Notes under the pieces: model-generated
Database searches by the model: none
The model's input: only the letters and a program-made list of their open reading frames with translations
What the model was told of the DNA's origin: nothing
Part shown: positions 19,866 through 29,572 of the stretch, one piece after another
Numbering within the stretch: the first letter of the stretch is position 1
How the letters are laid out: every line of letters starts with the position of its first letter
Position numbers and translations under genes: made by a program
NCBI GenBank assembly: GCA_016699975.1
Contig: CP064994.1
Span: 1,222-65,221, forward strand
Reading direction: 5' to 3'
Source: Candidatus Moraniibacteriota bacterium
GTDB lineage: Bacteria; Patescibacteriota; Minisyncoccia; Moranbacterales; UBA1568
Length of the DNA: 64,000 nt

Positions 19866-20423
19866 TTGAAAAGGTCTGAATCAAGGTCACGAAAAATCGA
19901 GGGGGCGAGATTGAGGGTAAGCTATAACGAATCGCTCAAATGCTGGGAAGAAAAAGGAGAAATGTACGATCAGGAAATTTTTTGAGATATATTTGAAACC
20001 TCTCTCTTTTGGGTTCCAGTATCGCCAGAGGACGCGGTCAATCTACAAAAGGAACCGCTTCGGAGAACTCTTACGGTACCTTGATTCTCTGAAAAAGAAA
20101 AGCCTTGGCTTTCCTGGCTCTCCCCTTGTGTCTCAAATACAAGAGAAACCTCGCTGCAGTTCCCCACAAGGCAAAGAGGAAATATCTGCCTCTTCTCAAG
20201 AAAAATCAAAGTAATCTACCTGCCACTTCAACAGAGAGGAAAAGAGAAAGGGGAGAAAAAGTTTATCCAAAAGAATTTTTCGATGTCACAAGAAAACGGA
20301 GAAACCGGGAAAGTCGTTGCCCTTTGGAAGAACGTACCAAAGTCACTCGCCTCATCTCTCCCCTCTCTCTTTCCTTTTTGAGGAACGGGGAATATTACTG
20401 TCCTTTCTTACAAAAAGCAACGA

Positions 20424-23285
20424 TTGGCGATCAGAAAAAACCTCAAGAAGATAAAGAGGGAATGCTATACTGAAAGAAGTGATGGCACTCATTCGAAAAA
20501 TAAGAACAAGATTCCTATGTCACTTTCCGAATCTTCAAAAACAATATCGCCGCTCACGCTCACGACACTTTCGCCGGAAGAAACACTTTCGAAACTCGGC
20601 TCTTCGTGGGGAGGACTCCCAACCGAAGAAGCCGAAGCGCGTCTTGTCACGTGGGGAAAGAATGAACTCAAAAAAGAGCATCGCCTTCGCTGGAGTGAGA
20701 TTCTTCTCCATCAGTTTACTGATATCCTCATTTGGATTCTCCTCACGGCCGCGTTTTTCTCACTCATCTTCGGTGAATTTCGTGACACCACTATTATTCT
20801 CATAATCGTGTCCGTGAACGCCTTGATCGGATTCGTACAAGAATATAAAGCCGAGCGCATCCTGGACCGACTGCGCGAACTCGAAACCGATCGCGCGATT
20901 GTTATCCGAGACGGACAACGAAGCGAAATCAATTCGCGCGAACTGGTGCCAGGCGATATGATCGCTCTTGATGCCGGAACAACGGCGCCCGCCGATGTAC
21001 GACTCCTCGAGAGTTTTTCACTCAAGGTAAACACGATTCTTTTTACAGGTGAAGCTCATCCTCGCAAGAAAAACGCGCTTCCCCTTTCTGAAATGCCCGC
21101 CTCTCTTCCTGATGCCGAAAATATTATTCTCTCCGGAGAATCGGTAACGACAGGAGAAGCGCGCGGAGTTGTCATTGCGACCGGAAGCGCAACCGAGCTC
21201 GGCCACCTTGCCACCATGACTGCGCGCATCGAAGAAGAACCGACTCCGCTTCAGAAAAAAATGAGCCGCCTCGGAAAAGCAATCGCACTTCTCTCGCTCG
21301 TGATCGGCATTGCCGTGATAGCAATCGGGCGAAACGGCGGCCTCTCGTGGTACGACAACTTTCTCTTGGCGCTCGCCCTTGCTGTCTCGATCGTGCCTGA
21401 GGGGCTTCCGGCCGCCATCTCGATCGCCTTTGCACTCGGCATGAAGCGACTCCTCAAGTTTCGCATTCTCGCGAAAAAATTGAACGCCGTCGAAACACTC
21501 GGGTCCGTGACGACCATCTGTACAGATAAAACCGGCACTATCACAAAAGGAGAGCTCACCGTTACCCATATTATTCTCGGACACGACCTCTACGACGTAA
21601 GCGGCGAAGGCTACGAACCGCGTGGCGGATTTTTTCGAAACGGAAAAGCCGTAAGTCCCGCAAGTATTCTCGGCGCCGAAACGCTCTTCAAGATCGGGGT
21701 CCTGGCAAACAGCGCGAGCCTCATCACGCGGGATGATCGTGTGGAAGTGGTCGGCGACAGTACCGAGGGCGCCATCCTCGTCGCTTCGCGAAAGTACCAT
21801 CCGGATCCCGACTTTTTCCGCATCGGAGAAACAAAAATTTTTGAACATCCTTTCTCCTCGGAACGCATGCGCATGAGCGCGCTCTTCCAAAATTCCGGTG
21901 TGACATCGTACGTGAAAGGCTCCCCGGACGTTCTCCTCGCGCGCGCCACAAAGCAACTAAAGAACGGGCGCGAAGTTCCCTTTCCAGAAACGGACCGAAA
22001 CAAAACAAAAGCGCTCTACGATGAACTCTCCGCAAAAGCGCTTCGGGTTCTCGCTTTCGGGTACCGCACGCTCACGACGCTTCCAGAATCCGAACGAGCA
22101 GACGCCATGGAGCGCGACATTGTCTGGGTCGGGATGATGGCCATGGTCGACCCGCCACGTCCAGGCGTTCGAGATGCCATTCTCGAGTGCCGCGATCGCG
22201 GCCTTCGCGTCGTCATGATCACAGGAGACTACGAAGTGACCGCTGCTGCAATCGCGAAAAACATCGCTCTCATCGATGAAAGTCGTCCGTACAAAATCGT
22301 GAACGGGAAAGATCTCGCGACCCTTTCGGACGACGAACTCTTTTCGCAGATTCAAGAGAAAGATGCGGTCTTCGCGCGAATCACTCCCGAACAAAAACTG
22401 CGTATCGCAACCGTCCTTAAGGATCGCGGCGAAACAATTGCCATGACGGGCGATGGAGTGAACGACGCCCCTGCCCTCAAGAAAGCCGATATCGGCGTCG
22501 CGATGGGAATAACAGGAACGGACGTTTCAAAAGAAGCGGCGGACATGATCCTTCTCGACGATAATTTTTCGAACATCGTCTATGGTATTCGCGAGGGCCG
22601 CACCATTTTTTCCAATCTCAAAAAATTTGTTCATTACGTTTTCACCTCGAATGTGAGTGAGCTCTTTACCGTGCTCCTCGGATTCGCGCTCGGTATTCCC
22701 GCCCCTATTCTCGCGGTTCAAATTCTCGCAATCGACCTCGGCACCGACGTCTTCCCCTCGCTCGCACTCGGTGTCGAACCCGAAGAACCTCACTCGTCAA
22801 AACAAGGGAGCGCCGAAAATACCGCTTCCGTCATTGATAGAGAGGGCGTGGGTCGACTCCTTCGATTCGGACTCCTCATGGCACTTGGCGCTGTGACCGC
22901 CTTTCTCCTTTCTCTCCTTCGCGGCGGCTGGCAGTGGGGCGACGCAATCGACACACACTCCGCTCTCTATCAGAAATCGACCGCGGCGACCTACACAACA
23001 CTCGCCCTCACGCAAATGGCAAACCTCTTACAATCACGCTCGGCGACCCTCTCGTTTTTTTCACTCCCCTTCTTTTCGAATCCGTGGATCTGGATCTCCA
23101 TGACATTCTCGCTCTTTCTCCTCTGGGTGGTGACCTCTTCTCCCCTTCAGTCTCTCCTCTCTCTGCAGACGCCAGACGCACTCGACTGGATGACCGCAAT
23201 GACGTTTACGGTCCTTATCTTCACCTACGAAGAAATCCGAAAGCGACACGCACTCAAAAAAGCGGGTGTTGGAGAGAAATCTTAA
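20424..23285 (+). CDS. cation-transporting P-type ATPase (P2-type, Ca2+/Mg2+ SERCA/PMCA-like)
   Basis: 953 aa with TGES-like actuator, ICTDKTGTITKG phosphorylation motif, TGDGVNDAPALKKADIGVAMG hinge and 10 predicted TM helices. The real start is possibly Met32 (MSLSESSK...). Confidence 0.85.
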   Translation: MAIRKNLKKIKRECYTERSDGTHSKNKNKIPMSLSESSKTISPLTLTTLSPEETLSKLGSSWGGLPTEEAEARLVTWGKNELKKEHRLRWSEILLHQFTDILIWILLTAAFFSLIFGEFRDTTIILIIVSVNALIGFVQEYKAERILDRLRELETDRAIVIRDGQRSEINSRELVPGDMIALDAGTTAPADVRLLESFSLKVNTILFTGEAHPRKKNALPLSEMPASLPDAENIILSGESVTTGEARGVVIATGSATELGHLATMTARIEEEPTPLQKKMSRLGKAIALLSLVIGIAVIAIGRNGGLSWYDNFLLALALAVSIVPEGLPAAISIAFALGMKRLLKFRILAKKLNAVETLGSVTTICTDKTGTITKGELTVTHIILGHDLYDVSGEGYEPRGGFFRNGKAVSPASILGAETLFKIGVLANSASLITRDDRVEVVGDSTEGAILVASRKYHPDPDFFRIGETKIFEHPFSSERMRMSALFQNSGVTSYVKGSPDVLLARATKQLKNGREVPFPETDRNKTKALYDELSAKALRVLAFGYRTLTTLPESERADAMERDIVWVGMMAMVDPPRPGVRDAILECRDRGLRVVMITGDYEVTAAAIAKNIALIDESRPYKIVNGKDLATLSDDELFSQIQEKDAVFARITPEQKLRIATVLKDRGETIAMTGDGVNDAPALKKADIGVAMGITGTDVSKEAADMILLDDNFSNIVYGIREGRTIFSNLKKFVHYVFTSNVSELFTVLLGFALGIPAPILAVQILAIDLGTDVFPSLALGVEPEEPHSSKQGSAENTASVIDREGVGRLLRFGLLMALGAVTAFLLSLLRGGWQWGDAIDTHSALYQKSTAATYTTLALTQMANLLQSRSATLSFFSLPFFSNPWIWISMTFSLFLLWVVTSSPLQSLLSLQTPDALDWMTAMTFTVLIFTYEEIRKRHALKKAGVGEKS

Positions 23286-23457
23286 TCACAAAAATTCTCA
23301 AGCGATGACGAGAGTTGCCCAAATGAAGACACGGAACGCTTGTGAAAAAGAGGAAAAGAAGTGCCTTCGGAACCGATATCAACCCATATGAGGGCAAAAA
23401 CGATGAAAGATCGCTTTCTGAAAAAAGAAGATGAGCCCGAGAAAACTCATCAAAAAA

Positions 23458-23484
23458 ACATCCGAAATACGGATGTTTTTTATT
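23458..23484 (+). terminator. rho-independent terminator after P-type ATPase gene
   Basis: acatccg-aaata-cggatgt followed by ttttttatt. Confidence 0.55.
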
Positions 23485-23519
23485 GGAAGTGTTCACTCGT
23501 TTTTTCCTTTCCAAAAAAT

Positions 23520-24032
23520 TCACATTCTTCGAGTATCGTACGCCCACTGGAGGAGCGCTTGCCGTTGTCGCGGGCGACACAAAAAATCTCCAGGACGACA
23601 GTGGTATGAAATTTGTGCGAGGTGCCGACGCATCGCTTTCCACCGAGCGATTTGTCGACGATCGTCAGGATGACGACGCCCCGAAAAATACCGAGAGTAC
23701 CACTGAAACCATCCGCGCGGATCGTCGGGATGAATCCATCCTTTGGCTTGCCAAACCGAAAGCGACTGTCCCGCGAGCATACCGAAAAAATTGAGTGACG
23801 GATCGCGCTTCCCGATCGCGAGCTTCGCTTCGCGAAACCAGTCGGGCGGAAATTCCTTCACGCAATCGCGCATGTAGACACCACCAAAAATTCCAAGCCG
23901 GAGCATTGCTTTTGGCGAAAGATCTGGAGTAAAGTCCGCGTCAAAGTGTTTCCCCATGGGTTCGGTACGGACATACCGGTATCCGCGCTGCATGCGATCG
24001 TGCACCCTTACCCGCTTCCTCTCCATACGCAT
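23520..24032 (-). CDS. conserved hypothetical protein (W/R-rich; possibly a DUF4385-like family, from memory only)
   Basis: 170 aa, non-repetitive, carries the distinctive motif DPRGWFQWYSRYFSGRR. No enzymatic signature recognised. Confidence 0.35.
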   Translation of the reverse strand: MRMERKRVRVHDRMQRGYRYVRTEPMGKHFDADFTPDLSPKAMLRLGIFGGVYMRDCVKEFPPDWFREAKLAIGKRDPSLNFFGMLAGQSLSVWQAKGWIHPDDPRGWFQWYSRYFSGRRHPDDRRQIARWKAMRRHLAQISYHCRPGDFLCRPRQRQALLQWAYDTRRM

Positions 24033-24066
24033 ATTTCACAACCATTTCTGAAGCTTTCCTTACTCA

Positions 24067-24932
24067 TCAATCGATGATTTCGTAGGTAATCATTACCTGA
24101 AGATTCTTGTTGCGAGATCCCGGTTCCGGCGTGGGGACGCCTTCCCCGGCATTCGCTTTCATCTGAGCTCCCCCCATTCCCTCAAACGGGAAGGGCGGGT
24201 CGGTCGTTTCCGAAATATTCACAAGCTTTCCGATACGAAACTTCCCGGCCTTTGAGAGCGCATCGGCCTTTTGCGAGCCACTTCAATCGCTTTTGTGCGC
24301 GCTTCGTTTCGCGCCTTGGTGTCGTCATCCGTTACAAATCGAATATCGGACACACCAGTCGCACCTTTTTCGACAACGCCGGAAAGAAGCGCTCCTGTTT
24401 TCTCTCGGTCTCGCACTTTGACCACAAGAGACTGTGTCAACGTATAGCCAATTTTTTTCTGCTCCGGACATATACCACTTGCGCACGAAAGAGCCTCATA
24501 CCGCGGAGCAAGCGAATATTCCGACGTCTCGAGATCCTTGGCATCAATGCCCTCTCCTTTCAAGAAATTCGAAATCGCGTTCATTTTTTCCGCATTCTCG
24601 CGCAACACGTTTTGTGCATCCATCGATCCCTCTGTCACCACCGAAACCGAGAATGTCGCTACTTCGGGCACACCCTCAATCACACTTGAGCCCTCGACCG
24701 AAAATGTTCTCGACGGATACTGCTGCGCAACGGACTGCTGTACAGATACCGCATAAAAATAGGTGTAGACCGAAAACGCCGCCGCAAGAAGAAGCCATGA
24801 AATCGACCGAATCGAAGGACACCACCGAACACATCCTTTGTGCAATGTCTCGCATTCGCTCTGCTCATTCATATTCATAAAAAAAGAATTATACCAAGAG
24901 AATACCTCGCTCCCCCACAGCACATCAATCAC
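24067..24932 (-). CDS. SIMPL-domain (DUF541, YggE-like) secreted/periplasmic protein, with one frameshift near ~24270
   Basis: N-terminal TM or signal segment, then ATFSVSVVTEGSMDAQNVLRENAEKMNAISNFLKGEGIDAKDLETSEYSLAPRY..., typical of SIMPL. The ORF-track protein ends ...AIEVARKRPMRS, but the +1 frame continues KADALSKAGKFRIGKLVNISETT...ITYEIID*, the canonical SIMPL C-terminus. One a is missing in cgcaaaaggcc. Confidence 0.6.
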
Positions 24933-25626
24933 TTTCAGTCGTCGCGGTTTTCACGGGCGAGGCGATCGAGTACGCGCTCTCTCCGGACTTTTTGATCTGT
25001 GCCTTAAATCGATACGCGGTGTCGGATGCCAAACCATCAACGAACACGATTCCCTCCCCGTCACCGTCAAGCGTGAGCGAAAACACCCGCTTCGTCCACG
25101 ATTTTTTCTTCTGGTACGAAACCTGAACATTCACCGCTTTGTTTTCGAGATCATTGCTCACAATGCGAAGTTTCACCGAGTTATCGGTAATATTGGTAAT
25201 CTTCGAAATTTGCGGTTTATGCTTGGATCCCTTGGTGGTTACTTTGGCCTCACCCGAAAACGGCGTGTAAGAATCGCCCGATGTCCCACGCTCTTTCATT
25301 TTCACTTTGAACGAATACGGCGTTGAGGAATCGAGATCGCGAATCTGTATGGTAGTAGTTCCCTTTTTCTTCCCGAGTTTCGCATCGAATGTCTTTTGCG
25401 AATTCGAATCGTCAGCAGTATTCGAAACCGTCACTTTGAGAGAGACTTCTTTTCCTTTGAGACCCGAACATCCGACTTTCATTTTGACCGCGGTCTCTTT
25501 TATTTTTTTCACACTCAAAGATGGCGTGCAGAGTTCATCCGCAGCAAAAGAGCTCGGGGCACCGAAAAAGATGCCACCTGCAACAAGCATCGCGATCGAA
25601 CACATTCGAAATATCTTTTTTCTCAT
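24925..25626 (-). CDS. secreted protein with two fibronectin-III-like beta-sandwich repeats
   Basis: Signal peptide MRKKIFRMCSIAMLVAGGIFFGAPSSFA, then two ~90-aa repeats that both end with S..TPYSFKVKM / S.DTAYRFKAQ patterns. Confidence 0.45.
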   Translation of the reverse strand: MRKKIFRMCSIAMLVAGGIFFGAPSSFAADELCTPSLSVKKIKETAVKMKVGCSGLKGKEVSLKVTVSNTADDSNSQKTFDAKLGKKKGTTTIQIRDLDSSTPYSFKVKMKERGTSGDSYTPFSGEAKVTTKGSKHKPQISKITNITDNSVKLRIVSNDLENKAVNVQVSYQKKKSWTKRVFSLTLDGDGEGIVFVDGLASDTAYRFKAQIKKSGESAYSIASPVKTATTESD

Positions 25627-25882
25627 ACGGGTTTCTTAAAAGTAAGAACATAGTACCACACTCGCCCTGCATAAGAATAGGAAGGCCACACAAATTGACG
25701 GTACCCCGCTTAAATCGACACACCTGAATCGCTCAAAAACATTGAGAGAGCAGTGCCCCGCTTGAAAATTCGCCAGACCAGACTATATAGAGTTGACGAC
25801 TGAATTAATCTTTTTGAATTTATAACTTTCACAGTTTGGCGATAAGCTAAAATAGGTTTTTCAACTTTTCCGGAGAGAGACG

Positions 25883-26074
25883 ATGGAAGAATCATTAGAG
25901 CAAATTTACAAATTCTACGAGGATTTGTTCAACAACCCTACCCGCAGGAGCGACAGAGGAAGTGAGCATGGCCGAGCTGATCAAGCTCGGAAATTCCGAA
26001 TTAACGGCCAACGTGAGTACTCTCAGATACTCAAGGATAATAGAACTGATCGAGCAAACTTTGTCATAACCTAA
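25883..26074 (+). CDS. orphan small ORF (63 aa) in AT-rich islet
   Basis: Lone plus-strand ORF with a strong intrinsic terminator 30 nt downstream. No recognisable domain; could be non-coding. Confidence 0.3.
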   Translation: MEESLEQIYKFYEDLFNNPTRRSDRGSEHGRADQARKFRINGQREYSQILKDNRTDRANFVIT

Positions 26075-26105
26075 TGGGAGATTCCCTATAGATATAAATA
26101 ATGGG

Positions 26106-26138
26106 AAAGGCAAAACACAATTGTTTTGCCTTTTTATT
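26106..26138 (+). terminator. rho-independent terminator (AAGGCAAAAC-acaau-GUUUUGCCUU + UUUAUU)
   Basis: gggaaaggcaaaacacaattgttttgcctttttattattg read directly from the sequence. Confidence 0.55.
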
Positions 26139-26253
26139 ATTGTGACTTCTGAGGCTCTAGAATGTAGAATGAGGACTCTTTACAATTTACAAGTTAAAAA
26201 AAGACTCTATTTTCTTCCCTGACAATACTTAAAATTCTTTCCCCCTCTCATTT

Positions 26254-27104
26254 TCACTCAAATCTCAAACTGTCCAGAAGATGATCAAAGCTCTCGCTCT
26301 CGATTTTCTTAAGGTCATCTTGAGTATACTGAGCCCTCTCCTCTGGTCTGACATAATGTTGCTTGTAGAGAACAAGAGATTTTTCCTTCGCAAGAGGAAT
26401 ATTCACTTCCATCCACTTTGAATACGGGTCTGGAGTATTCTCTCCGAAAGAAATGAAAGCCGAACGACCTCCAATGGTTTTCTTCAATGTAAATCGAAAA
26501 TTTATTGTAGGCAGTATAAAGAGGTCTATTTGAGTAGAACTTGCAGTCGGATAGGATATCCCACCGAGTGAAGACAGAGATGCTTTGGGAAATCCAGGAA
26601 AGTTTCCTGGATTAATATACTCATCAAAAACTTTTTTCATTTCTTCATATTTCATATTTTTGAGCATCTCCCAATTGAAGTCGAGATATTGCCCTGAAAG
26701 TTCCGGGTTTTCTTTGATGTTTCCAAAATAATTTGTGGCGAAAAACTCCCTCAACTCCTCTTCCGTCATCTCTCTTTCTCCAGAATTTCTTGTTTCTACA
26801 AAGTAGGTATCGGGAACTTCAAAGGAGAAGGTGATTTGCCCATCGTGGATGGTCACTTTTTTGTACGGACCTTCAATATCTTTAACGCCCGTGATTTTAC
26901 TTTCAGGAAGCACTTTGTTGTAGCGTTCGAATTCCGCTTGCGAGAAAGTGCTGCTTGAGGAGATTCTTGTACAGATTCGGCACGATTCACTGCTTGTGAA
27001 GCGCTCTGTTCTTTTCTGCGTTCGTATCGGAAGAGTACGGTGAGCAGTATTCCTCCAGTTACGAAAAGAGCGAAAATCACGATGGCGGTTTTTGTTGGTT
27101 TCAT
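26254..27104 (-). CDS. hypothetical signal-anchored protein, copy 2 of the shared-promoter/leader family; frameshifted (ORFs 26853..27104 + 26254..26913)
   Basis: N-terminus MKPTKTAIVIFALFVTGGILLTVLFRYERRKE matches the 1111..1782 N-terminus MKPTKIAIISFALLITGGILITTFLQYEYRKK. The body (26254..26913, GTG-initiated in another frame) has no similarity to the body of copy 1. Confidence 0.45.
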
Positions 27105-27137
27105 AGATTCGAAAAGAAGTGAGTGATTGTTGTTTGA

Positions 27138-27175
27138 GTTTATGATACGTCTATGATGAGCGTGTAAACAAAAAT
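27138..27175 (-). promoter_or_regulatory. promoter candidate conserved with 1811..1852 (minus strand TTTACA/TTGTTT ... TATCAT)
   Basis: Plus strand gtttatgatacgtct...gtgtaaacaaaaa. Same blocks as upstream of the paralogue at 1782. Confidence 0.3.
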
Positions 27176-27253
27176 TTTTTGAGCGGCACTATTCCTTCTT
27201 GCTCGTATCATGAAGCCTCTGAGTGGCAAGAAAAAAACTTACGCCTTCCTCAT

Positions 27254-27925
27254 TCACTCGCGTTCGGGTTGGGAATGGCGGAGCAGGAAAAGTGTAAAGA
27301 GGTACGGGATAACCGTGACGAGCGAGAAGAGAAACGAGAGAAGAAGAGCATGAAGCATCCATGCCGGACTCGCGAAATGGAGCGCCGTTTCGTGTATCAC
27401 AGTGAGCGGTTCGGTCACTACTTGCCAGCTATTAAGTCGCAAGAACCGTCCCAAATAGACTCCCACTCCTGAGAGACAAACGCTGAGGAGAAGAAAAAAA
27501 TCGGAGAGCATGCTCCCCCACATTCGCTCAAGGGTTGCTTTCATCGATACGAGAGAGAGGATTCCGAAAAGTATCCCAGCAGAGGCAAACGATCCCACTA
27601 AGAGAAAGTCGTAGAGGAAGAAAATCGAGGAAGCATATTCCCACGGAAGATGGATGAAGTCTGTCACGATATAGGGCGCATTGGGAAAAAAGAAAAACCA
27701 CACCAAAAGAATCGGCGCATTCCACAAGAAAGAGAGTGGATGCTTTTTCGAAATCCACTCAAAGAAGGAGGCCACAATATATGGAATAGCGGCGAGTCCA
27801 AGGTTCCACGTCAAGAAAAAGTATCCGTCGGTTTCCGTTGCAAGCATGCGTATCCCCAAGAGAAGAAACGCGATACTCGAAACGAAGCGAAGAAGCGCGT
27901 TCAAAAACGAGAGACGAGAATCCAT
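27254..27925 (-). CDS. DUF1361-family polytopic membrane protein
   Basis: 6-7 TM helices and the hallmark PNAPYIVTDFIHL motif of DUF1361. Last gene of the long minus-strand glycan operon. Confidence 0.5.
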   Translation of the reverse strand: MDSRLSFLNALLRFVSSIAFLLLGIRMLATETDGYFFLTWNLGLAAIPYIVASFFEWISKKHPLSFLWNAPILLVWFFFFPNAPYIVTDFIHLPWEYASSIFFLYDFLLVGSFASAGILFGILSLVSMKATLERMWGSMLSDFFLLLSVCLSGVGVYLGRFLRLNSWQVVTEPLTVIHETALHFASPAWMLHALLLSFLFSLVTVIPYLFTLFLLRHSQPERE

Positions 27926-28138
27926 ACGAAGAAAGTCGACAATGGAAATACCATTGTATCACGGCGGGAGAGGAGCAAAAGAAGTTATTCCTTCAGCTCG
28001 TAAATATCCGCGAATGGATATGAATCGACTTTGGTATAGCGCTCCAAAAATCGCGGATTATTTTTAAGAAGACGCCAGGTAGAATCACTGTCGGAATAGG
28101 AGCGGACGACAATAAATCGCGCATATTCGTCGGGCGTA

Positions 28139-29572
28139 TCAATCGCGCGGCGATAGTATTCCCCGTTCCTCGCGAATAAACCGTTTCATGGGAAGACCAG
28201 ACGAAAAAATAATGGAATCGTGCGAAGCAGCCGATATGAGAATATATCCGTCGCGCCCTCCTGCGTGCTCGCGAAGCCACGTCGAAACTTCGGTGACATT
28301 TTTTTGACTTGATCCCACACGACCGTCGTCGATGGTCACCGCGTCCGCGCTCGAAAATTGAAAGAAGAAGACGAGCGCGAGCGTCCCCACAAGAACAGAT
28401 CGAATCCCGGCCATTCGCTCCATCAAGAATCCTGCAAATATGGCGACCGACGGCATCATCATGATGCCGTAACGAATATTAAACCACGTGTCTCCCGAAA
28501 GCCCCTGAATAAAAAGAACGGAGTGTCCCAAATAGAGCGCGAGAATATTGAAGAAGAGTGGCGCAAAAAGGGCGAGTGAAGCGAAGCGCGCATTTCTCGA
28601 AACACGCCGATCAAGAAAGAGAAGAATGGTTCCGACAAATCCGAGCGCGAGGACCCACGCATTGGTATTATACGCGAGCGCATAGAAATACATCTTGGCT
28701 GATAAGAACCAATCACCTTTTGTCGGAAGCATGCCCGCAGACTGAAGATCCTGTTGCTGCGTGTGTGCGGAATAGGGGCCAAACGCGAAAAAGAGTGGGT
28801 CGCCAAAAATGAGGAGATTCCACAACAGCCACAGAAAGACACCGAATCCACCGAGCGTCGCGAACAAAATGAACCGCCCTTCCGCCTTCCGGTATCCGCC
28901 CTCCTTGAAACTCGAGAAAAAAATCATGAGGGAAGAAAAGAAGAGAAGAAACCATCCGTCGTAGCGCACAAGGGTCGCAAGCATCACAAAGAACGACGAC
29001 AGAATGAGAAATGACAAAATGCCACGCGTGTAGAAGAGAAGAAGAAAATATGCGGCGGCAGTCATCGTTCCCAAAAGAACAAGTTCGGTCATCGCGGTCG
29101 ACTGAAGATAGAGGATATTGATGTTCGCCGCAAAGAGGAAAACGCCCGTCAATCGGCCGACCCTCCCGACGCCAAGCTCCTTCAGGAAAAGATGAATAAG
29201 GACACCCGTCCCCACAAAAGAAATCATGGACCACAAGGCGCCCGCGAGTCCCGAGTGCCACATGAAATCATTCCACACCGTGAGCGTCATAAGGAGATGC
29301 GTAAGCGGAAGCCACACGCTTCCAAGTTGAGCAAATCCGGGGCTCAGTCCCTCGACGACGCGCCGCCCGATATCAAGATGGGAACGCGCATCGTTGTACG
29401 CAAGGCCGAGGCCGTTTTGATAATAGAAAACGAAGGCGATGACGGAGATGATCGACAAGACAAGAGAAAGAATCGAAACCTCGTATCGATCGAGAATCAT
29501 TTTGAGTCGCCCGAAAAAGCGAGGGGTGATATTTTCTTCCATATGAAAAGAATTGGAGGGTGAAATATTCAT
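28139..29572 (-). CDS. large polytopic membrane protein, putative GT-C fold glycosyltransferase (ArnT/PMT/YkcB-like)
   Basis: 477 aa, ~11 TM helices, N-proximal extracytoplasmic loop with acidic motif (NDARSHLDIGRR). Architecture matches lipid-linked-sugar GT-C transferases. Assignment rests on topology and context, not a strict motif. Confidence 0.45.
   Translation of the reverse strand: MNISPSNSFHMEENITPRFFGRLKMILDRYEVSILSLVLSIISVIAFVFYYQNGLGLAYNDARSHLDIGRRVVEGLSPGFAQLGSVWLPLTHLLMTLTVWNDFMWHSGLAGALWSMISFVGTGVLIHLFLKELGVGRVGRLTGVFLFAANINILYLQSTAMTELVLLGTMTAAAYFLLLFYTRGILSFLILSSFFVMLATLVRYDGWFLLFFSSLMIFFSSFKEGGYRKAEGRFILFATLGGFGVFLWLLWNLLIFGDPLFFAFGPYSAHTQQQDLQSAGMLPTKGDWFLSAKMYFYALAYNTNAWVLALGFVGTILLFLDRRVSRNARFASLALFAPLFFNILALYLGHSVLFIQGLSGDTWFNIRYGIMMMPSVAIFAGFLMERMAGIRSVLVGTLALVFFFQFSSADAVTIDDGRVGSSQKNVTEVSTWLREHAGGRDGYILISAASHDSIIFSSGLPMKRFIREERGILSPRD

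Noticed and set aside
19198-19869. 223-aa plus-strand ORF
   Set aside because: Antisense to obg; P/S/T-rich.
21018-21956. 312-aa minus-strand ORF and several others inside 20424..23285
   Set aside because: Antisense to the P-type ATPase; GC-rich codon third positions produce long spurious frames.
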